Part shown: piece by piece, positions 20,555 through 26,130 of the stretch | How the letters are laid out: each line of letters begins with the position of its first letter | Numbering within the stretch: the stretch's first letter is position 1 | Assembly: GCA_016196885.1 (NCBI GenBank) | Contig: JACPWU010000062.1 | Span: 1 to 26,130 of the forward strand | Origin: Chlamydiota bacterium | Lineage (GTDB): Bacteria > Auribacterota > JACPWU01 | Direction of reading: 5' to 3' | DNA length: 26,130 nt | Program-made: the position numbers and the translations under genes | Notes under the pieces: model-generated | Database searches by the model: none | The model's input: the letters and a program-made list of their open reading frames with translations, nothing else | What the model was told of the DNA's origin: nothing

Positions 20555-20683
20555 GGAAAAGGTGGTCTCCCCAAGTATTTAAACTTGATGAGCTCTGAAC
20601 ACGAAGTGTTCGGCTATTATGAAGGGGAGAAGAATGGTTGACCCAAACGTCATCCAACATAAGAAAAGGAGACCACCTTTTCC
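20555..20683. repeat. 129-nt element closed by a perfect 16-bp inverted repeat (MITE-like or structured RNA)
   Basis: GGAAAAGGTGGTCTCC (20555-20570) and GGAGACCACCTTTTCC (20668-20683). Internal hairpins are CAAGT/ACTTG (20572-20587) and CTGAACAC-GAA-GTGTTCGG (20595-20613). Confidence 0.6.
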
Positions 20684-20706
20684 AATTTACCGACAGGTGA
20701 TGATGA

Positions 20707-20851
20707 GAAACGGCCATGACTTTCAGTCACAAGGGGGGATGAAAATCACCCTTGTAGTCGCCCCATTTATGGGGCTGCCCGATGAATCGGGCGACTACAA
20801 TTCATCATAACTTATTGTATAAGAATGAGTAAAGACTATTTTCAGATGAAA
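20707..20851 (+). repeat. type-A composite repeat, copy 2 (45-nt core 20754-20798)
   Basis: Same shells as 372-548. The left-shell hairpin is replaced by a different hairpin, TGACT-TTC-AGTCA (20717-20729). Confidence 0.85.
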
Positions 20852-21013
20852 TGCGGGCTAGAACGTACGCCTCCGCGGTCGCTCGTGGGCGCGCTTCCCT
20901 CTGGGACCTTTTTGAGCAGCCTGTCAAGATCAAATGTTTCAGCGACTTGATATTTTTTTCTTGATATACTCTCAGAACTATGAAAAAAGCTTGGGAACTG
21001 GAACCTTAAGAAA

Positions 21014-21232
21014 ATGAAAATTTTTGTGAAGGTGAAGCTTCGTGCCAAAGAATGCCGGGTAAAAAAAATAGATGAAAATCATTTTGAGATAGCTGTGAAA
21101 GAGCCTCCGATTGAAGGTAGGGCGAACGTGGCCGTTACAAAGGCGTTGGCGGAATTTTTTGGGAGAGCTCCCTCCAGAGTGAAAATTCTCTCAGGCTTTT
21201 CATCCAGGCAAAAAATTTTTGAAATAGGGTAA
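21014..21232 (+). CDS. DUF167 (YggU-like) family protein
   Basis: 72 aa. KVKLRAKECRV...IAVKEPPIEGRANVAVTKALAEFFG...VKILSGFSSRQKIFEI matches the DUF167 pattern (ApPveGkAN ... G.tSR.K). Confidence 0.8.
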   Translation: MKIFVKVKLRAKECRVKKIDENHFEIAVKEPPIEGRANVAVTKALAEFFGRAPSRVKILSGFSSRQKIFEIG

Positions 21233-21242
21233 CACGGTTTTT

Positions 21243-21263
21243 ACGAAGTACGATGTACGAAGG
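21243..21263 (+). repeat. three ACGAAGT-family heptads (ACGAAGT ACGATGT ACGAAGG)
   Basis: Same unit family as 3825-3906 and 18341-18437. Sits directly upstream of type-B copy 2. Confidence 0.5.
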
Positions 21264-21269
21264 ACGGTT

Positions 21270-21406
21270 TTTGCTATGAAAGTGAAGCTCACTCTGTAGT
21301 CGCCCCATTTATGGGGCTGCCCGATGAATCGGGCGACTACAAAAAAAGCATGATGGGGAGAACTTTCATCGCACACGATGATCTCGAAAGATCATTGAAA
21401 TTAATA
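21270..21406 (+). repeat. type-B composite repeat, copy 2 (45-nt core 21296-21340)
   Basis: Differs from 6302-6439 at three positions that I can see. Its right end overlaps the moeB-like stop codon (21401-21403). Confidence 0.85.
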
Positions 21407-22549
21407 CGTCGCCATGTTGGGATCAATATCAGTGGCCCAGGCATGAATCCCGCCTTTGAGACTTTTCACCTTCTTAAAGCCCATTTCCTTGAGGAATTTC
21501 GCCGCGTTCAGGCTTCTCACCCCGTGATGGCAATGGGTGACGATCTCATCGGCCGTGTCTAGTTCATTCACGCGCTGAGGTAAATCAGCCAAGGGAATCA
21601 AAACGGATTCTTCCAGATGGCAGATGTCATATTCGTGAGGCTCACGGACATCTACGACAACCACCTTTTTCTTGCTGTCGAGCGTTTTCTTGAGTTCCCG
21701 AGCTGTGATTTCTAGGTCAGAGGCCTCTTTCTGGGTTTCTTCTTGGCCGCGGCCGATTCCACAAAATTCCTCGTAATCAATGAGGCTTGTGAGGGTTGGA
21801 TGATCTGAGCAGATGGGGCAATTCGGGTCTTTCCGGAGCTTCAGCTCCCGAATCTTCATTTCAAGGGCGCTGATAATCAGAAGACGGCCGATCAAGGGTT
21901 CCCCTTGGCCCAAAATAAGTTTAATTGTCTCCGTCGCTTGAATGCAGCCGACAAGGCCTGGAAGAATGCCAAGGACTCCGCCTTCGGCGCAACTGGGCAC
22001 CATCCCGGGAGGAGGAGGCTCTGGATAAAGGCAACGGTAGCAGGGGCCCCGTTCGGCGGCAAAGACAGAGGACTGGCCTTCAAAGCGGAAAATGCTGCCA
22101 TAGACATTGGGCTTTTTCAAGAGGACGCAGGCATCGTTGACCAAATAGCGCGTGGCAAAATTGTCTGTGCCGTCCACCACAATGTCGTAGGGTTCGATCC
22201 ATTGGATGGCGTTGTCAGAAGAAAGTCGCTCTTTATAAATTTCTACATCAATGCTGGAGTTGAGCGAGAGAAGTCTCTCTTTGGCCGATTCAGCCTTAGA
22301 CTCTCCGATCTTGGCTTCACTGTGAATGATTTGGCGCTGGAGATTTGAAAAATCCACCACGTCAAAATCCACAATACCCAAATGGCCCACGCCGGCGGCC
22401 GCCAGATAAAGGGCCAGCGGAGAGCCAAGGCCTCCAGCTCCGATGCAAAGGACCCTTGCGTTACAAAGCTTCTCTTGACCCTCAATGCCCACTTCGGGCA
22501 TGATCAAATGACGGCTGTATCTTGCGATCTGATCTTTGCTTAATGGCAT
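21401..22549 (-). CDS. moeB: MoeB/ThiF-family adenylyltransferase with C-terminal rhodanese domain (MoeZ/MoeBR type)
   Basis: YSRHLIMPEVGIEGQEKL, the nucleotide loop CIGAGGLGSPLALYLAAAGVG, zinc-binding CYRC...CPIC pairs, and a rhodanese active-site loop HCHHGVRS. Confidence 0.9.
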   Translation of the reverse strand: MPLSKDQIARYSRHLIMPEVGIEGQEKLCNARVLCIGAGGLGSPLALYLAAAGVGHLGIVDFDVVDFSNLQRQIIHSEAKIGESKAESAKERLLSLNSSIDVEIYKERLSSDNAIQWIEPYDIVVDGTDNFATRYLVNDACVLLKKPNVYGSIFRFEGQSSVFAAERGPCYRCLYPEPPPPGMVPSCAEGGVLGILPGLVGCIQATETIKLILGQGEPLIGRLLIISALEMKIRELKLRKDPNCPICSDHPTLTSLIDYEEFCGIGRGQEETQKEASDLEITARELKKTLDSKKKVVVVDVREPHEYDICHLEESVLIPLADLPQRVNELDTADEIVTHCHHGVRSLNAAKFLKEMGFKKVKSLKGGIHAWATDIDPNMATY

Positions 22550-22671
22550 AAATCACTCCTAAAATTTTGACTGTAGCAAAAGCGGTTTTCCACGTCACAT
22601 CGTCATTTAGGGTGATTTTATAGCGTTCTTGAGTAAAATTAGCAAGGATTTTGAGATGGATGTAGGGAAAA

Positions 22672-23631
22672 ATGATTCCACACAGAATTTTAGGTAAAAC
22701 AGCACTTAGCATCTCCGAACTGGGTTTCGGAAGTTGGCCCATCGGGGGAGGGAGTTATGGGCCTGTGGAGGATGTTCAGTCTCTTGAAGCCTTGCGAGAA
22801 GCGATGGCTCACGGTGTCAATTTTATAGACACGGCCGATATTTATGGAAAGGGTCATAGCGAGTCTTTGATTGGAGAAGTTGTTGAGGGAAGGGATGATG
22901 TTTTTCTGGCGACAAAGGCAGGATGGGATTTCAGCCATGGGCTCGTTCGAGCCAATTTTGATGTGAGTTATCTAGCGTTTGCTTTGGAGGAGAGTCTTCA
23001 GCGTTTGAAGAGAAATTCAGTCTCCCTTTTTCAATTGCATAATCCGCCGGTTGAATTGACCCAGAATAAGTTCTTATTAGAGTCACTTAGGAAGTGGAAA
23101 GAGAAAGGCAAGATTGATTTTTACGGCGTTTCTGTTCACGGACCCGAAGAGGGAAAAATATGGATTGAAAATACCGATGTTCAAGTGATTCAAATTGTTT
23201 TTAATCTTTTGGATCAAAGACCGCTCAGAGATTTCTTTGGCTTGGTGCGGGAGAGGGGAGTGGGGATCATTGCTCGGGAGCCTTTGGCTTGTGGGATGCT
23301 GACGGAGAAATATTCTAAGGATGTGGTATTTCCCAAAAATGATCATCGCCGTCGCTGGCCTAAAGAAAAGATGGAGCTGGATTTAGAGAAAATACGGCGC
23401 ATTCGGTCTTGGGTGGGTCTTGAAGACATTCCTCTTTCTCAATTGGCATTAGAATTTGTGCTTTCCTTCCGGGAGGTTTCTATCGTGATTCCAGGGATGA
23501 AGACGCCTCATCAGGTCCGGTCCAATTTAAAGGCGTGTGAAGAAAAACATTTGAATCCAGAATTGATTCAGAAGATTTGCAAGCTTTATCGAGAGGATGA
23601 GATTTTTTCCAGAGGGCTTTATCGGAATTGA
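22672..23631 (+). CDS. aldo/keto reductase family oxidoreductase
   Basis: LGFGSW..GG, NFIDTADIYGKGHSE, the HNPP motif region, and IPGMKTPHQV near the C-terminus. Confidence 0.9.
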   Translation: MIPHRILGKTALSISELGFGSWPIGGGSYGPVEDVQSLEALREAMAHGVNFIDTADIYGKGHSESLIGEVVEGRDDVFLATKAGWDFSHGLVRANFDVSYLAFALEESLQRLKRNSVSLFQLHNPPVELTQNKFLLESLRKWKEKGKIDFYGVSVHGPEEGKIWIENTDVQVIQIVFNLLDQRPLRDFFGLVRERGVGIIAREPLACGMLTEKYSKDVVFPKNDHRRRWPKEKMELDLEKIRRIRSWVGLEDIPLSQLALEFVLSFREVSIVIPGMKTPHQVRSNLKACEEKHLNPELIQKICKLYREDEIFSRGLYRN

Positions 23632-23687
23632 GGCTTTGCTGGCGGGGGTTTTTGATTTATAATCTTGGCTTAATAAAGGGAGGGGAT

Positions 23688-24218
23688 ATGAAAAAATTTC
23701 AGGTGATGATTGGAGTCATGGGAATATTTTTTGGGGTTTTAGGGATGTCTTATTCACGAGAGGTGAAAAAAGCGATGGCCGTTTTAAATCCAACCCAGGG
23801 AAATCAAGTTCAAGGGACGATCTCCTTTATGGCTGTGGAGGAGGGGGTTCAGGTGATCGCGGACGTAGATCGCCTAACGCCTGGGAGGCATGGGTTTCAT
23901 ATTCATGAAAAAGGGGATTGCAGTGCGCCCGATGGTTCTTCGGCCGGGGGACATTTTAATCCTCACGCCATGTCTCATGGAGGGCCTATGGACGCGATGC
24001 GCCATGATGGGGACATGGGAAATATTGTTGCGGATGAAAAGGGGCATGCCCATTTGGATTATGTGGATTCGAAAATGACTTTGAGCGGGGAAAATTCTAT
24101 TGTTGGGCGGGGGGTGATTCTCCATGCCCAGGAAGACGATTTCAAAACTCAACCGACAGGAAATGCAGGGGCCCGTGTGGCGTGTGGAGAGATTGAGGCA
24201 GTTGAAGAGAGTAGATGA
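23688..24218 (+). CDS. sodC: periplasmic Cu/Zn superoxide dismutase
   Basis: AAGGGAGGGG precedes ATG 23688. Signal peptide is present, followed by HGFHIHEKGDCS, GGHFNP, HDGDMGN and GNAGARVACGEI motifs. Confidence 0.9.
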   Translation: MKKFQVMIGVMGIFFGVLGMSYSREVKKAMAVLNPTQGNQVQGTISFMAVEEGVQVIADVDRLTPGRHGFHIHEKGDCSAPDGSSAGGHFNPHAMSHGGPMDAMRHDGDMGNIVADEKGHAHLDYVDSKMTLSGENSIVGRGVILHAQEDDFKTQPTGNAGARVACGEIEAVEESR

Positions 24219-24901
24219 AAAAAGGTTTTTTCGTTACAGGGACAGACACAGGCGTGGGCAAGACCCTTGTGAGTTGTGTCTTGGCAAGGATTTTAGGCCG
24301 TTGGGGTTCTGTGGGCGTGATGAAGCCCTTTGCCTCGGGGAACCGCCAGGATGCCTTGCGACTCCAGGGGGCTGCCCGAAGAGATGATTTAACCTTGGAT
24401 GAGGTTAATCCGATTTATTTTAAGGAACCTCTGGCCCCTTACAGCGCCAGGGGTTTTGGGAAAAAGGCGATTGATTTAAAAAAGGTTCTGAAGTCCTATC
24501 AGAGGATTTCGGCCTCTTCTGATTTTATGATTGTGGAAGGGATCGGCGGACTTCATGTGCCTTTAAGCGGGGTTTTAGATGTTGCGGATCTGGTGTTGAA
24601 ATTAAATTTGCCTCTTTTGATTGTGACGCACTTACGGCTGGGAACACTCAATCATACCTTGCTCACAGTGGATTATGCTCGTCAAAAAGGTCTTCAAATC
24701 AAGGGCCTCATTTTTTGCGAGTCGAGAGTGGCAAAGGATTGGGCTTCGAAAACAAATCCGCAAGCGCTGCAGCGGTTAACGCAGCTTCCCCTTTTAGGAC
24801 ATATTCCCTGTTTAAAAGGTCGTTTTGGAGAGAAGGTTGAGAAGGCTGTGAGAGAGAATTTTATTTCTTTGAAATGGCTTAGAAAGTGGGATGTAGAATG
24901 A
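24215..24901 (+). CDS. bioD: ATP-dependent dethiobiotin synthetase
   Basis: FFVTGTDTGVGKT P-loop, VEGIGG, and the LNHTLLT region. Its ATG overlaps the sodC TGA (ATGA). Confidence 0.9.
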   Translation: MKKGFFVTGTDTGVGKTLVSCVLARILGRWGSVGVMKPFASGNRQDALRLQGAARRDDLTLDEVNPIYFKEPLAPYSARGFGKKAIDLKKVLKSYQRISASSDFMIVEGIGGLHVPLSGVLDVADLVLKLNLPLLIVTHLRLGTLNHTLLTVDYARQKGLQIKGLIFCESRVAKDWASKTNPQALQRLTQLPLLGHIPCLKGRFGEKVEKAVRENFISLKWLRKWDVE

Positions 24902-25905
24902 AATCTATTTTAGGATCTTATTTGATTTCCATTTTGGGTTTACTTTTTTTATGGGGCCTGGTGTTGGATTTTATTTTTCTTGCCAAAAGAAAGTATGCGG
25001 CCGAAAAGGTAGGTGTGGGGGATGCCTTCTGGGGCTGGAGAGACGCGGCCGCAGTCGTTCTCTTTTTTGTTCTCTTTGAGTTTGTCTTGGAAGGGATGAG
25101 TCATTTTATTTTTAAGACTTTTGTGATTTCACCTCAAGAGAGAGGACGGATCGCTTTTTTTGCAAATTCTGGGCTGGAGGTTGCGACGGTCCTTTTCTTG
25201 TGCTTCCTTCTGGGCCGACGCTATGGTTTAAAGTGGAAAACATTGGGGTTGGCCCTCATTTCTCATCACATTTCTGCTACGAGCGCCGATTCCGCCTCGT
25301 CTCTCCGTGCAGACTCGGTCGGCCACGCTCAACATGCTGTAAAGTATGCCTCACATGGCCTCGGTCGTCTTCCTCGCATCCAAAGGCGGACTCAGGCGTT
25401 CCTCGCGACGAAATCTGATGAGAAATGCGGGCTAGAGAAACCCTTTTCTTTTTCAACGGCAAAGGAAGGAGTGCTGGCTTATTGCGGCGCTCTTCCTCCT
25501 TTGGTGGGGGTAGGACTCGCGACCCAGTTTTTAGGCCGAATCTGGAAAATTCCTTTAAAGCCTCAGGTTCCGCTTCAGATTTTACAGGGGGAGACCTCGA
25601 TAGCAGCTTGGGCGGTGATGGGTTTTGTGATTGTTATTTTGGTTCCTTTCTTAGAAGAGATTTTTTTTCGTGGTTTTCTTTATGCCCTCTTGAGAAAGTC
25701 CTTTGGGATGGGGAAGGCGATGGTTTTAAATTCTCTTCTTTTTTCAAGTTTACATTTTAGTTTTTTGGCCTTTCTTCCCATTTTTTGCATTGGTTTATTC
25801 TTGGCTTATCTTTATGAAAAGACGGGATCTCTTTTTGCGCCAATGGTTTTTCATGCGTTGAATAATACCGTGGCCGTTTTGCTGGTGGTGTTTTTAATGA
25901 AATGA
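24898..25905 (+). CDS. CPBP-family (CAAX-type) intramembrane metalloprotease carrying an internal palindromic insertion
   Basis: Motif 1 EEIFFRGFLY, motif 2 FSSLHF and motif 3 FHALNN are all present in the C-terminal half. ATG 24898 overlaps the bioD TGA. The ORF opens at GTG 24886. Confidence 0.85.
   Translation: MKSILGSYLISILGLLFLWGLVLDFIFLAKRKYAAEKVGVGDAFWGWRDAAAVVLFFVLFEFVLEGMSHFIFKTFVISPQERGRIAFFANSGLEVATVLFLCFLLGRRYGLKWKTLGLALISHHISATSADSASSLRADSVGHAQHAVKYASHGLGRLPRIQRRTQAFLATKSDEKCGLEKPFSFSTAKEGVLAYCGALPPLVGVGLATQFLGRIWKIPLKPQVPLQILQGETSIAAWAVMGFVIVILVPFLEEIFFRGFLYALLRKSFGMGKAMVLNSLLFSSLHFSFLAFLPIFCIGLFLAYLYEKTGSLFAPMVFHALNNTVAVLLVVFLMK
25258..25426. repeat. 169-nt imperfect palindrome inside the CPBP ORF, read through in frame
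   Basis: Arms 25258-25323 and 25361-25426. The terminal 17 nt match 16/17 in inverted orientation (ATTTCTCATCACATTTC vs ATTTCTCATCAGATTTC). Matching blocks CGAG, CGCC, GA.TCCGCCT and GGCC follow. Confidence 0.65.
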
Positions 25906-26016
25906 AAAGAATAATGAAATAACTCCCCCAACCCCAGCAAGGGAGGCTGCACTGCTAGTCTCAGTACAAAGCCGACTGCGGTAGTAGATGTTTTTTTACG
26001 TCTGTCCTCTTGTTAT

Positions 26017-26130
26017 GAAACATTCATGCCGACTGAGGTCGGCACAAAGGGGGATGAAAATCACCCTTGTAGTCGCCCCATTTATGGGGCCGTTGCATGG
26101 ACTGCCCGATGAATCGGGCGACTACAAGTC
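26017..26130 (+). repeat. type-A composite repeat, copy 3 (core 26069-26125, 13-nt spacer), truncated by the window end
   Basis: The left shell is identical to copy 1 from GAAACATTCATGCCGACTGAGGTCGGCAC through GTAGTC. Confidence 0.85.

Larger units (their letters stand above)
20348..20922. repeat. composite inverted-repeat-bounded block (67-nt arms 20348-20414 and 20856-20922) enclosing nested elements
   Basis: The arms have equal length. They match in inverted orientation at the outer module AGGCTGCTSAAAAAGGYCC (17/19) and the inner module GGCGTAC..CTAGCC. The middle of the arms is divergent. Confidence 0.5.

Noticed and set aside
20584-20625. Hammerhead-like string TTGATGAG followed by a GAA-capped hairpin (and CTGAGG at 388-393 in type-A shells)
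   Set aside because: The catalytic core needs CUGAUGA ... GAAA with defined stems I-III and a UH cleavage site. Here the C is displaced (CUUGAUGAG), the GAAA junction is missing, and no stem I/III partners fit. The 45-nt core junction also has no unpaired conserved bases.
20324-20641. 105-aa ORF in the gene-free island as a possible protein gene
   Set aside because: It starts inside the terminator-like hairpin and has no Shine-Dalgarno. It runs straight through the inverted-repeat arm and three strong stems. Its translation (PPTSLPCAAYPSLDFSSRAQN...) looks like random sequence. I treat the region as non-coding.
20419-20710. 10-bp inverted pair TTTCTCATCA / TGATGAGAAA as stand-alone evidence for a 290-bp MITE
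   Set aside because: By my estimate, several random 10-bp inverted pairs within 300 nt are expected in a window this size. The pair is only meaningful because the same terminal motif recurs at the CPBP palindrome, so I used it as supporting evidence rather than as an independent call.
21234-21272. 9-bp direct repeat ACGGTTTTT on both sides of the three ACGAAGT heptads, as a possible target-site duplication
   Set aside because: By a rough count, a 9-mer recurring within about 30 nt is expected a few times by chance in 26 kb. The T-run makes it even less informative.
21311-21562. ORFs that translate the repeat core (MGLPDESGDY..., VVAPFMGLPDESGDY...); also 20619-20810, 6196-6408 (minus) and 9742-9936 (minus)
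   Set aside because: The shared peptide is just the REPIN-like core read in one frame. The ORFs overlap well-supported genes (for example the MoeB 3' end) or other repeats, and they have no start-site signals.

Overview
This is a chromosomal, mostly housekeeping segment from a diderm bacterium (LptF/LptG, periplasmic Cu/Zn SOD, Spy/CpxP-like proteins). I cannot assign its lineage from sequence alone.

Coding content, in order:
- a truncated histidine-kinase fragment
- a sugar-phosphate nucleotidyltransferase ORF fused in frame to metK, then ahcY (SAM cycle)
- lptF-lptG (minus strand)
- a ComF-type phosphoribosyltransferase
- gap-pgk-tpiA-secG
- a BT1 (folate/biopterin-type) transporter
- a HAD phosphatase
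- an ECF sigma module flanked by LTXXQ (Spy/CpxP-like) proteins
- an orphan receiver protein
- lpdA-lipA
- an aspartase/fumarase-family lyase
- a small secreted protein
- DUF167
- MoeB/ThiF-rhodanese
- an aldo-keto reductase
- sodC-bioD-CPBP protease

I recognised no rRNA, tRNA, CRISPR array, cas, transposase, integrase or defence genes. Genes are tightly packed, with several ATGA/TAATG start-stop overlaps.

The unusual part is the non-coding DNA. Most intergenic gaps longer than about 60 nt that I examined are filled by lineage-specific repeats:
1. Six same-orientation copies of a REPIN-like double hairpin (GTAGTC-hairpin-hairpin-GACTAC). They sit inside at least three different conserved shells, one of which is a 138-bp MITE with 23-bp TIRs and an 11-bp target duplication.
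2. Heptanucleotide tandem arrays of several unit types, usually arranged as long imperfect hairpins at gene 3' ends.
3. Palindromic elements that run into or sit inside ORFs: the ECF sigma 3' end, and an in-frame palindrome of about 170 nt inside the CPBP protease gene.
4. A 734-nt gene-free island (20280-21013) made of nested inverted repeats and a highly structured segment.

I found no novel protein-based system. The best candidate for something undescribed is this repeat and structured-element network.
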